Shown here: positions 51,819-64,000 of the stretch, piece after piece
Numbering within the stretch: the stretch's first letter is position 1
How the letters are laid out: every line of letters begins with the position of its first letter
NCBI GenBank assembly: GCA_964234715.1
Contig: OZ174282.1
Length of the DNA stretch: 64,000 nt
Source of the DNA: Podarcis melisellensis
Taxonomy: Eukaryota
Reading direction: 5' to 3' (one strand)
Made by a program: the position numbers and the translations under genes
The notes under the pieces: model-generated
Told to the model about the DNA's origin: nothing
The model's input: the letters and a program-made list of their open reading frames with translations, nothing else
The model's database searches: none

Positions 51819-54381
51819 CCTGTCTTTCCCCAAAAACTGGGACTCAATGTGGCTTATAAAAACTAAAACAAACACGGATAAAACACAGAAAGCTAAAAAC
51901 ATATAAAAGATAATAGTTTCAATGTAATTCACTATAATAGAATTAAAACAATGTAAAGCAAATCTATAAAATCTAGTAAACAAAGCGAGTAAAAAAAACA
52001 CAACACAGCATGAATGAAAGCCCTTTCCTTGAAAGCGACCGCTTCCCAGAGCCCTGCAGGAATAACAGAGAAAGAACAATAAGGGGAGAGCCAGTCTAGC
52101 TTCTCTAGGAAGAGAGTTTCAAAGTATGGGAGTGGCCACCAAAAAAGGTCCTCTTCTACATTCCCACCATGTTGCCACTCAGGCCCCTCTCTGGCCCTCA
52201 GGCCAAGCCCTCAGAAGCCCTTCCCAACACCTTCCTAGAGTGCTTTTGTCTGGCTGAGAAGTATCATGGAACTGGGATATAATGCCTCTTGCTTGCCTGG
52301 ATGGAGAAATGGGTGGTGGTGGGTAGAAACTACTGGCTTTTGCATAGCTGGTATGTAGCCTAGGGTCAGAGGTAAGAGCGACATCTGCTGCCCCACCCAC
52401 TTTGACTCTTGCCCTACCCACTTTTTGTTCTGCCCATGGTTGGCCAACAAAGGAATGCAGCCCTCAGGCTGAAATAGGTTCCTGATCCTTGGGAGCTCTT
52501 GGAAAAAGCCAGATGCAGAAGGTCTGCCCATGTCTGTGGGGCGTACAAGGCCTAGCAATCCTGTTGGCTTCTCAGTACTATGGCCAGATTATCCTATGGA
52601 AAAGGAATTACCAAGAAGTGTGTGTATATGTACACAAGTGGAATAACCTGGCTAATTTGTTGGGTATTTTGTTATCTCCCAAGGTAGTTGCCTGAGGTCT
52701 CAACAGGTTTAGCTTATCTCAGTCACCAGGGCACCAGTGTTTGTTTCTCAAAGCTAGCAGGGTCAGAGTAACCCTCTGACTCCTAGTGGCAGATGACACT
52801 GGAACAATGCAGTCTTGGATGGAAAGTGCGTGTCTGTGTGTGATCCCACCAGGGTGACTAATTTGGGTACAGATACAGCACTTAGTTGTTTTAGATGCTA
52901 TCACCCAAGTCGGAGCACCTGAAGCTCAAATTCAATGGACGTTGCCTGCAGTCAGGGACATTAAACTCTGTGAGACCTAATACTGTGACTTTTTGGCTAA
53001 AACAGAAAACCATGAGCCAAATGTGGGGGCAAAATGAGGCTAATCTTCACCCAGGTTGAAGATCCAATTTGGCGCCCCCCCCCATACGTATTTGCATACA
53101 CACGCACACAGGCTGGCAGCCCCAATGGCTCCCCTCCAGAGGTTTCGCCTGGGGCAAAAAACCTGGCTAGCCCCCACATAGCTATAGCTCTGCCAAACAG
53201 CTGGCCTATACGTTGTTACACTCATCACTAGGATCAATGCCTCCACAATGAGTTTGCATATAATTTGAGCACCTCTTGCCTCTTAATTTGGGGGTGCCGG
53301 ATACCCCACTCCACCTCAACTTGTAGCTACCAGCAGAGATGGAACAATTAGCTTAATCAATGTGACCTTGGGGAAGATGTGAGGACTGTCTTGCCTTGCG
53401 CCCCAGCTTTCTCCCTCAAGCCCCATTGGAGGATTTTGGGCACTGTAGTTTACCCCTCACAAAGTTACCATTCCAGCAAGCCTTAACGAACAATAATGTC
53501 GGCTTAATTGAACAATGTTGGATTTCCGGATGTTAACTGTGAACCCTGGTTTTGTTATATTAATTACTCGGTTTGCGGGCAGGGCAGGGAGAGAGCTAGA
53601 AAATGTAGGCTTCACCCTGCAAAGTCCTACAAAAAGATTATCAACCTTACAGATGGTTTGGAGGGTATCCCAGATTTTTTGGGGTTCATAGTTAATGAAG
53701 CTAACAGTGCTGATAACTTATATGATGGGGTGGAGGAATACGCTTTGAATGTGCCTTAAAGGTATAGCTGTGTATGCAGCCTCAGGTAACCGATTTCTGT
53801 CTGGGGCCTAGCAATCTCTACCTAACTCTTCCCCCCAGGCTGAACAATAGAGCAGCTTCCCTGCTGGGCTTAAGGATCTTTTGCATTCCACCTTGCCATT
53901 TGAGTCTGGGAGAAGACAAAAGAAATAGATCAGGGGGAGGGGGCTAGACTGTTGCTAATCTTTTTTTGCTCTTGCCCACCTGCCCCATGTTGTAAGACAA
54001 GGAGCAAGTTTAGCATGTTTGTCATGGGGCGACTGACCCTTCCTTCCCCTTTCTCCTAATCTTGTTGTGTCTGGAAAACTGCAGCTCTTTCTAGCTCATG
54101 GTAGGGACAGGAGAGTTCTATTGCTGTTGCCTCTTGGGGTTTTGTAGGAAAAATAGCTTTGTTATTTTTGCATGGTGCTGCACTGAATGATTCCTCATGG
54201 CACCAGACCCTGGTTTCCAGAGAAGTAGATTCTATGTTCCTCAGTTGCAACAAGAACAACACAGTCTTAAAGTCTAATTTTTATTATTGTTGTATAAACT
54301 TTGATGGGCAATATGTGTAAATCTTTGTATACTGGAGTCCACTTCATCAGATGCATGGAGTATTGGAAGGTATACATAGCT

Positions 54382-54382
54382 A

Positions 54383-54444
<62 letters not shown>
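54382..54444. repeat. Compound (CA)n(GA)n microsatellite
   Basis: Directly visible. Confidence 0.95.
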
Positions 54445-54447
<3 letters not shown>

Positions 54448-57284
54448 TTAGTGGTGAAGTAGTCAGGGGAGACATGTAAGAAATTCAGAGTGATCACTGT
54501 TTTAAAACTTACTTGTATATAAAATTATTACCGAGACTATTCACAGTGCTGTGTTGATGATGGTATGTACACACCATACATTTCAAGCACATACACACAT
54601 ACACACACATCCTGGGGACTGCGGTTTACTCTTTAAAGAACTACAGTTCCTCATACCTGTAACAAACCATAGCTCCACTGATTCTATGGGGAGAGGATGT
54701 TACTTGATGTAAGTGTTTTAATTGTTACAATGCTTGTGGGATTGCTGGACTGGGCACCTTTGGAAGAAAGGACAGGATATAAAATTAATAAATAAAAGTG
54801 AACATTTAGTGAACATTCATCCTGATTAGACGATGTTGCATCCAGCAAGTGTAATCCCACACTTTCCTGTGCATTTTCAGGAAATGGTTTGGTTATACAA
54901 GAAATTCCAATTAATTTAATCCTGAAAATAGTGACTGTCTGAAAGCACCCTCTGAGTGACATCAACTCTCCCAAATCTTAAGCAGGGGTTTTATTGGCCT
55001 TGTGGTCTGATACCCTTCTGGGTGGAGATGCCAGGGATTGAACCTGTAACATTGTACCATCTGAAATGGTACAATCCAAGGACTGTACCATGCATCATTT
55101 CTGCCTGTTTGGGTTGTCTTGGATGAGTCCTATACCTCATGAGGAAATAACAGAGTTCCTAGCTTTATGTTTGCCTCCTAATACTAATGCAGATGTTTGT
55201 GCGTGAAAGTAGCCTTACTCTGCATTCTTGAAGACAGAACAGTCTTTCCTCACCTGCTGATTATCCTTTCTTGGCTGGTCCCTCCACATCAGTTAATGGG
55301 CAAACATGTGTTTGTGAAATCATGTTTGTTGGAATTAGGTGAAGTTCCAAGCGTAGAGCCCAAAGAGAGGTTTGAGTTTTCCTCTTAGCAATTCTGTGCT
55401 CTGAATAGAAATAAGCAAGCTCAGCAAACACATCAGAGACTGGTGTTAAAGGTCTTTCACTTACAAACAAGCTCATTATCCAAATTGCTGTGCAATTAAC
55501 TGAATGCAAAGTCACAAGCTTATAAATGAAACCACCAAACCCTGACCTGGTCAGCAGCAAACTGAAATGGAAAAGGACCAGCACTCTTGCATGACAACCA
55601 ACTGCAGCTTTGTGTCAGCAGGAAGGTTCAGTACTTCCAACTTGCCCTTGAAAAATCTGCTGCCCCCACCATCATGTCTTCATGAAATGACTCCTCCCTC
55701 GCTCTAATAATCCCAATCAAGGAAGAGCTAATATGGCATGATAGCTCGGAATGAGTTGGCAAGTCCTTGGTCCAAGTGGCCGGAACCTGGGAAGTTACTG
55801 ATGACAAGAGACTCAGGTTGCATACACAGCATACATGCAAAGCACATTGGCCTGGCTCACAGATAATGCTAAGCCATTGCTAGTTTAGGCAAAGTTTGAT
55901 GTGTTTCAGCATCTGGAAACTAGCTCAGCAGACTAACCATGGCTTATTTCCTGGCAACAAACCATGATGTGAAGCCATAGTTCATTGATGACACGTGGCC
56001 TGTTTTAAGTATGGTTTGGTATTCTGTCTGAAGCCAGCAGCCTTGTTTAACCATGGTGTGTTTGGCTGCCCCTTTACCAAGCTACAGAGGCATGAAGCAG
56101 GAACATCTTGAAGTCAACTCAAACTTTGTCGAAATGAGCCATGGCTTGTTTGCTCACCTGTGAGATGGCTCATGGTTTGTTGAACAAACCTTGGCTAAAC
56201 CAAACCAAAACTTAGCGCTATGTTAGATAGGCCACTTTTTAATATTGTATCGTTCCTTCCCACTTAAGCTTCAGTTGATTATAATCACTGTCATTCATCA
56301 CATGGGCATTTTGGATGGTGAGCTGGTGTGTGGTTGTGTCAATCACCCCACCTTATCCTCCCAGCAACCCTGTGAGGTAGGTTAGGCAAACACAGCTGGC
56401 CCAAATTCATTCGAAGAGTTTCATGGCTGAGCAGGGATTAGAACTTGGGCCTCCAACACCCTGCCCCTTGCTTCAGATTGGCTCCCAACCAGTGGAAGTT
56501 TGCTGCCCTTGTTCCCACAGTTGTTGCTGCATTACATCAAGCTTGGACCTGGAAGGGAAGCTACTGTAGCCCCTTAAAGAAAAGCACCTGTATGAGCTGG
56601 GCGAGGGAAGCCTTTCATCCTGTCAAAGGAGGGTTATCTGACTGACGTGGGTCGGCTTCATCTGCAGAGCAGGCAAAGAGGCCCTCCAGTTTTGGAGGGG
56701 CAGGTTTTAATTCCATGGGAATGAGCTAGCTGAGGTTTTCCAGAGCGGCTTCTGAAAGAAGCAGCTGTGTCTCTGAACCGCCCCAGGTCCTCCGCAAACC
56801 GCAGCCCTTCTCCCCTTGCCTGACAGGTGAGGAACATCTCCTCCATTGCCAAACTTTCTCTCCTCTGTTTCCTTGAAGGCCTCCTTGTGAGTGAGATACA
56901 ATCGAGTATCCCAGGTTCTCCCCCGCACCTCCCAATCAATGCTTGGCAGATGAGCTCATTGCTTTCGTTGGACCCAGTCCAGGGCTTGGGCTGAAAAGAG
57001 AGGCAAAGCGGCAGAGCTGCTGAGCACTAGAGGGTGTGCCTGATGCAGCCCACAGCTGAGCAGGGCTTTGGAGAAGGGAAAGGAGGCCCTCAGTAGGTTG
57101 TGGGTGGCGATGAGAGCATCAGGCTAGAGAGAGAATAAGGCCAACGTACATAACTCACCAAGCATGACTAATCGGCCACAATTGTGGCCTGCCAGTTGTT
57201 TGAAAAAACAAGAAAACTGGTAAGGCACCTGTAACAGGAAAATAAGTGGCTCATTTACTCAGTTGAGACTACTTAAAATGTGTT

Positions 57285-57630
57285 CCTGAAGGCAGCTAGA
57301 TGTTGGAGGGTTCCAGATGGACACAAGATAGGACTTCTTCACACAGCACAGAATTAAACTATGGGATTTTCTCCCAGAAGAGGTAGTGATGGCCGCTAAC
57401 TTGGATGGCTTTAAAAGATGGTTAGGCAAATTTTGGAGGACAAGACTATATGTTCTGCCTCCACTGTCAAGAGGCAATATACCCCAAAATACAAGTTGCT
57501 GGCGGCTGCAGGTGAGAAGGCTGTTGTGCTCAGGTTTTGCATGTTAAGGCTTCCCATGAGCTGATCACTGTGAGAACAAGAAGCTGGACTAGGTGGGCCT
57601 TTGGCATTATCCAGCAGACCCTTCTTATGA
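57285..57630 (+). mobile_element. CR1-type LINE 3' fragment with 3' UTR (approximate bounds)
   Basis: Encodes FFTQHRIKLWDFLPEEVVMAANLDGFKRWLGKFLED, the CR1 ORF2 C-terminus. Confidence 0.75.
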
Positions 57631-59747
57631 TTATTCCAAAACAGGTTGGGGCTGCCTGCTGGGCTGCTATATGTGGCTGGCAAGCCAGTGGTGGGTGGAG
57701 CCCCTTGAGACCAGTAGGGTAGAAGACAGTGGACCCAAGCAGTAAATGAAGCCAGAGCCCATGGCAGGTGATGCTGACTAATTCTTGTCTCCCCTGCCCT
57801 TCTGTGTTGAGTTCTTGCGGTCAGTGTAGCCTTTATAGGAGGAAGAAGCCAGCAACCAATGCAGCCCCGGGGACTGGTTATACCTAAGGAGGTAGACAGG
57901 TGAGGGCTGGCCAAGGGCATGCTGAGCTTGGTGGGGCAGTAGCACATCAACCCTAATAGATCAGCCTCCACTGGGCCTGGCAAACTGTATCAGACCTAAT
58001 GGGTAGTAAGCTGTACAAGTCTGGGATGAACACCAGTTCAGGAAGTATTTTAAAGTGCTCTCCAGTGTGATACTTTGGTGTGGCTGGCTAGATGCTACTC
58101 TTTGCTGTGCCAGACAAGGAACACAGACACCAGGTGGCTTATGGGAGCCAGGTATGAGCGCAGAGCACACCTGACTCTCAGACCATTCCACCTGGAAGCT
58201 CCCTCTTTTGTAGCACGTAACCCAGACATCTTTCCTCAGGGGAGAGATTTTGTGCTTTGGAAACAGCAAAAGCGGTAAAATTTATTAGGGGTCGTTATGT
58301 ATAAGCTTTTAATGTTGAATGAAGAGAGTCTCCAGGGTTTTTGTTTTGTTTTTTGTTTTCTAAAAAACCAAAAAAAAACCAAACCACCAGGTACAACATG
58401 AGAAAACCCTTAATTCTTCCAGTTACTTGTCCATATAAAATGCCTCTCTCTGTGCACTACAAGGAGAGAGAGAACTGGTTGCAGTTGAGAAATGTAAAAT
58501 ATGACAATAATCTATCCAGTTCCGACTTTATGGGCCTGGGATTTTCCCCCTTGTATCTGAGGCTGGCTGACATTCCTTGAATTGTAGCTTGAAGGGTGTG
58601 TATGCTATATGATTACAATGACTTGTTCCTGGTAGGTAAGGGCTTAACCACACGATGCATGGGAGATCTGTGATCAATTTCCCAGATTTATGTTTACTCA
58701 AACAGAGTTGCACAGGGCTGCCAATTTGATTGGAGCAAAGGTCCTGTGGCTGTGTGGATAAGTGCATAGCCCTCTCCCCTCCCATACTATATGTGCAGGG
58801 GGACTGTACTCTCACCACCAGCACTGCACAGAGTAGCTGGGATGGGTATGGGTTTAATTGGAGAAAATAGCACAAGGGGAAAGGTTAAATACTCCACCTC
58901 CAAGCACTGGTGCTAGCTACAATCAGATTCAAAGCCCACCACGGTCTCTTCCCATTTCAATAAAAAATAAAGCCAGGAGATCAATTATCAGATCTCCTTT
59001 ATAATGCTGGTTAGGCAGTAAATGGGTTTTAAGCCCCAAAGTCCATAAATCAAACTTTCATTCATGAAATTATCATTGGTCTTAAACAAGATACTTGTGT
59101 ACTTAGAAAACATTGTACAACTGGCTTTTATTTTGTGCTTTATTATTATATGATTAAGTGATTTGATGTACTGTGCTTGTCACCGACATACCAATGAGAA
59201 AGCTCAACAAGAACTTTATATAGTCACACACACACCCCAAGAATCCTGGGAACTGTAGTTTACCTGTCACACAGCAGCAGTCCCTGGCACCCTCGAAAGA
59301 CTACAGTTCTCAGGATTCTTTGGGCGAAGAACTATGCTTTAAATGTGCAGTCTGGATGTGATTACTGGCCTCTCCAACCAGAACAGAGCAGAAAGTGGAA
59401 GCAAGTCACTCAACTATCCATATTGTAGTTAAAGAGCATTTGTCATTTGCTTGGATACAAGCAAGTGTATATACAGTATGTCATTGGAGAGGTCATCCTC
59501 TTCACCCCCTGCCCTCAACAGATGCTTAGTTAAGCTTGCCCTAGAGGGTGGGGTGGGAATTCATTTCTCCTTTCAAAATGGCAGTCAGCCCCCTAAGAGA
59601 GAAGTACTATGGCTCTCTGCCAAAGATCATTGTCTTGATCTTATAGTGCAATTCCCCACCTCAGAAAATTGCAGGGTTTCCCCATCTTTGAGGGACTTCC
59701 GATGGGGAGCTGTTGAGCTGAGCCTCTCTGTTCTGCTTCTTTTCCAG

Positions 59748-59862
59748 AATCCTGGTGAATATGGACAACAACATAATTCAACACTACAGCAACCACATGG
59801 CCTTTTTACTTGACGTAGTTGAAGCAGAGGACAAGTTCCAGGTGACCCTCAAGGAGCTCTAA
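59748..59862 (+). CDS. GRHL3: GRHL3 exon 16, terminal coding part ([37 protein letters not shown])
   Basis: cttttccag|A ATC CTG ... GAG CTC TAA; 115 nt; canonical GRHL C-terminus. Confidence 0.96.
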
Positions 59863-60690
59863 GGACTCAAAAAGGCTACACTTCTGCTGGGAGGCTGCTT
59901 GTGAAGCTGAGTTTGATCCACCAGCAAACCACCCCATAGTCAAAACCATCGGCTCAAAGCATTTAGCTTGAACACCCTCCCTTTTGGAGGGAGGGAGCAA
60001 GAGAGAGAGACAGAACCAAGGCTCCACATGTGAAGATTGCTTTGAAGATCCATTCTCAGTGTGAATGTGGAACTTCTGTCCGTTGAGGAGTTGTTGCTGT
60101 TGTTGTTGTTTTATACTTTATTTTTATTATGATCCTCTGCCAGGCAATCAATTCTGAGCTTTTTTACTTTTCCGCACTTAGGGAAGCACCAACTTCTTTC
60201 AGGCAGGGGAACGACCCGTTGCCTGCCTTGGCCGCTCTGAACTGCCAAACTAGCAAACAAGAGACTGTCACAATTGCATATGGATATTACCAAATATGCC
60301 TACACACAAGCACACACATAACCTTACATTTTCTCACTGCCTTACTACTTGCCCTTATAACCCTGGATGTAAATACCTGCAAGAGAAGTGCCTGGCCAGA
60401 GGGACCGTTTTATACATTTCTGATTCCATTTGTTATTTTATAAATATATATATAATAATTATAATAATAATATCTATCTCTCTTTCTGTGTGTATATGTA
60501 TAAATAGTATCTTGTTTTATACTGAACTTGACAATGGAGGAAGGTAGAGCATTTCAAAACCAGGCTGCTTCATAATTCCCCAGGGTTGTTGTCTTTGTTT
60601 GTTTTGTTTTTTTCTGTTCATTTTTGTAAAAAAAAGTTAAAAAAAAGTGTATGTTATTATTATGGTAATAAAGATTCAGAGACTGAAAGC
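59863..60690 (+). other. GRHL3: GRHL3 3' UTR (3' end approximate)
   Basis: TE-poor AU/U-rich sequence from the stop codon to about 20 nt past AATAAA. Confidence 0.7.
60667..60672 (+). terminator. GRHL3: Polyadenylation signal AATAAA
   Basis: First canonical AATAAA I see after the stop, preceded by U-rich sequence and TGTA motifs. Confidence 0.75.
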
Positions 60691-61006
60691 AAGCTTGGGA
60701 CAGTGTAAGTATTGAATAGGGATGGGTTTTTCATTTCTTCAGGAGCATTTTGGAAGTGGGGCAACAAGGAGACCTTGGCTGCTGAGTCTTGCTTCCAGCA
60801 AAAATGCAGCTTTGATAACATTCCATAGACTGATAATGTGCCTAAGGCAGGCCTCTCTTAGGAAGCAGCTTCTGTCCTTGGCAGAAACAGAAGTTGCACC
60901 GAGCTGGAGGTGATAGGAGGAGAGCTTCTCAAGGGAGAAGGCTGGTAAAGGCGGTAGATTCATCTGGGCCAGTAGTTCACCAGAGTGGCTGGGGAATTAA
61001 TAAAAA

Positions 61007-61007
<1 letters not shown>

Positions 61008-61053
<46 letters not shown>
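61008..61053. repeat. (ATT)n microsatellite
   Basis: Directly visible. Confidence 0.95.
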
Positions 61054-61054
<1 letters not shown>

Positions 61055-62244
61055 CATCAAGGGGAAATGGATTAATTAAAATGGGTTGGGCCTTTAAAGC
61101 CCCCTTGTATGCACCCAGCATCATAAGTGACAGGGGCTTAGCTGATATTGGGGTATTTTGTGAACATGGTTGACCCCTGTAAATCATTGCCCCGTTGGGT
61201 TGATGAAGGGCTTTAACCAGATACCTTGTTCATTGAATTGAATTGGCTTTGGGACATAGTCCTGCAGCCACATCTGCCTGGCTGCTGTGTGTTATGTCAC
61301 TGCATTTATTATGTCGGCCAGGATTGGTTGGAATCACTCAGGAAAGGATGCCAGTGGGGGGTGGGTGTGCCTAAGCTGCAAAAGGGAGGTAACAATGGCG
61401 GGAAAGGCAAACGAACAAAACCCTTACAATCCCACTCTCACTCCACTTTTGACGGGAAATATACTCAAGCATACAAACACAGGTTTTCTCTGCCATACCT
61501 GGAGATGTCAGGGATTAATATGGGGCCATTTTGCATGCATGACATGTTCATCCTCAAATGTTTCTAAGGGTGTGGCTACTTTCCCTCCCATTGCAAGACC
61601 CCATCTGGAAATCAACCTCTAGCACCCAGAACAAGCATCATGCACTAAATAAACAAGTCAGAAACACACAACTCCTCCTCGCAGTGCTGCTATCTGACCC
61701 AAATCAGGGCCGTACTGCTGCTATTTGCTAAAATTTAGAGGCATGACATCTGATTGTGGATCTGTGTTGTCCTATCTAATTATTTAAAAGTAGGTGGTGT
61801 AGGTCACCCACTCATGGCAATCTTTTGTTTCTTGGGAATTACTTGTCAACTGGAAAATCCAGTCCACCATTGGGTGGGTAAGGGGAATGAGAGAGCAGGA
61901 AACATTATTTGTTGTTGTGGCAGTGGCAACCTCAGGCCCATCCTTCACTATGCAAAAGGAAAAAATGGTGCAGGATTCCTGTGGCCCATAGAGCTTTTGC
62001 TGGAGGAGTAAAGATGTTTATTTGTCTTTGAGTTCTGGTATATCACCAGGATGTTGGCCAATCAAGGGTTCGAACCGAGCGGCAAGTAACACAACACTTT
62101 CGCCACGTCTCAAGCAGGCACAGATCTATTCAACCCATGTTGTCAAAAGACCCTAAACCCCACACTTGGTTCTAGGGAGTGTCACCCATCAGAGGTCAAT
62201 GGAGAGAGAGGACAGCCTAACTCCCCTGGCTCAGTTCACTCAGC

Positions 62245-62246
<2 letters not shown>

Positions 62247-62289
<43 letters not shown>
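62247..62289. repeat. (AAT)n microsatellite
   Basis: Directly visible. Confidence 0.95.
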
Positions 62290-63894
62290 TCTTTATTGTC
62301 ATTGCCCCCTCTCGGGGACAACGAAATTACTACTATTAGTGGCGGGGCTGAGAGTGGGCTTGAGGGAAAGTTTGGGAGAGTGGCAAATTGCTTTCAAGCA
62401 GATCATGCACGTCTGGTGCATATTCCGAAGCATGGGCCTACATTCTTCACTCCTCACCCAGAACCCACTGACACTTCTGGAGATTGAAGCATAAACTCCT
62501 GAAATGTCAGGGGTGGCAGTGAGTCCTATGGGTGCCCAAGGTTATGTCAAAGAGCTTGTGATTCCAGTGGAATCCGCAGCAGGCAGAGACAGCTGGTTTG
62601 GCCCGACCTTAGAGCTGTTTCTCAGCCGCTGCCCCTGCAACACGTGACCAACTGGACATTCATGGTAAACTTTACCCACATTTCCTTCAAACAGAATGGA
62701 GTTAAATTTGTGGGAAAGCTGCTCACGAGCTGAGAAGGACTGAGCACACAAACTGCGCTGTCCCCAGTGCAGGATCAGCGCAAAGCTCAGAGCACATTGG
62801 ATGGCTTCTGCCAAGAGGCAGCAGTGTGTGTGTGTGACTGCTGCAGAGTAATGGTTGTGGGAAGGGTACCTGTGTTGTTTAGATCATTTGGGGCTACGCT
62901 GCTGGTTTAAAGAGACTGGGAGAGTAGGAGGAAGTGACCGCCAGGCAGGAGACTTAGAAGTCAGCAGACGGCCATTGGCAGTGGAAGCCCTAAGTGGCAA
63001 GTCAATGGGTAGTGGCAAGAAGAGAGAAAAAGAGAGGTGTGGCAAATTACCCGTTGCTAGTGAACAACCCTACAGGGTTGGCGCTGCTACAGGGTGTCCC
63101 CATTCAGCACCTGGCTCCTCCTTGGATTTGTCTAATTTCTCTCTAAAGCCAGTAAAGCCCGCAGCCATCATGTGCTAGTGAATTCCATTTCTGAAACACT
63201 AAGAAGCAGTTTCTTTCCTCTGTCTTGAATCGACAGCTAATAAATCTCACTAGGTGAGCCCAAGCTCTGTTACTTCTCTGTTCACCTTTCACTGCACCAT
63301 GCATATAATTTTAAATAAAAAAACCCTCTATCACCTCCTCTCAACAGCCCCCATCTCCAATATTTTATTCCCAATGAGATGGTGAGAAAGTAGGAGCCAG
63401 GCAGGTCAGGCTTCTTAATTTTTATAAATAAATATTGGCATGAACAATCCACTGTCCACCAAAAGCCAACAATGAAACGACATCCATTCTCTATATCCAA
63501 AACTCAAATTCTGTCATGTTTGCGAAACAGGAAAGACTCAGGGCCCACTCCCCCCCCCCAGGAAATACAGGATTTCAAACAGATGGGTATCATGTCTTGT
63601 TCACAGGCAAGTGAATGCAAAATTCATTTGTTCTTTTTTAAAACAAAACAAAACAGAGAAATGCAGCACTTGCAAATAAGAGCGCTTGGCAAACCGACAC
63701 TGGGGGATCCTCTGCTTTACAATACTGGCACCCATTTATTGGTGGTGTTGTAGATGAAGGATTGCTTTTGTGGTACGGGGATGTTGTATGCCCCTAGAAG
63801 GAGAAACAGACATAAAAGATGTCAGGTTGACTCTCAGGACTCAGAAGGAGGGGTTTTGCAGCTTTTACGTTTTTGCATGAAGTGCACTCTTGTA

Positions 63895-64000
63895 CAGTGG
63901 TACCTCAGGTTACATACACTTCAGATTACATACGCTTCAGGTTACAGACTCCGCTAAGCCAGAAATAGTGCTTCAGGTTAAGAACTTTGCTTCAGGATAA
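63895..64000. mobile_element. Tc1/mariner-type MITE (family A), inverted relative to the other copies, truncated by window end
   Basis: ta|cagtggtacctcaggttacatac...gactccgctaa; reverse complement of the 49125 copy's right half. Confidence 0.88.

Noticed and set aside
51636-52079. ORFs with poly-His/Tyr/Ile/Met runs (similar ones at 18484, 31309, 60894-61187)
   Set aside because: Translations of microsatellites
57411-57983. 190-aa minus-strand ORF
   Set aside because: Overlaps a CR1 3' fragment in antisense, non-ATG start, no recognisable domain
62542-62814. 90-aa minus-strand ORF downstream of GRHL3 (possible STPG1 or other neighbour exon)
   Set aside because: No PGP-repeat or other recognisable motif and no convincing splice context; cannot be supported

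Overview
Vertebrate (squamate reptile, probably lacertid lizard; inferred from a Sauria SINE and other repeats) genomic DNA containing one complete protein-coding gene, grainyhead-like 3 (GRHL3), on the + strand. It has 16 coding exons from ATG 12128 to TAA 59862, all introns GT-AG with consistent phases, CDS 1809 nt = 602 aa, and a polyA signal at 60667. The rest is intergenic/intronic DNA dense in SINEs, CR1/L2 LINE fragments, hAT and Tc1/mariner MITEs (several nested, with readable TSDs), microsatellites and a 413-nt assembly gap. Nearly all ORF-track entries are spurious. I found no convincingly novel multi-gene system. The best leads are a possibly unannotated in-frame 126-nt exon / alternative first exon with its own core-promoter motifs just upstream of exon 2, a pri-miRNA-shaped 76-nt hairpin in intron 10, a uORF and acceptor site at exon 1, and p63/IRF6/ZEB-type regulatory motif clusters. 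Repeat family names and human comparisons are from memory, not database searches.
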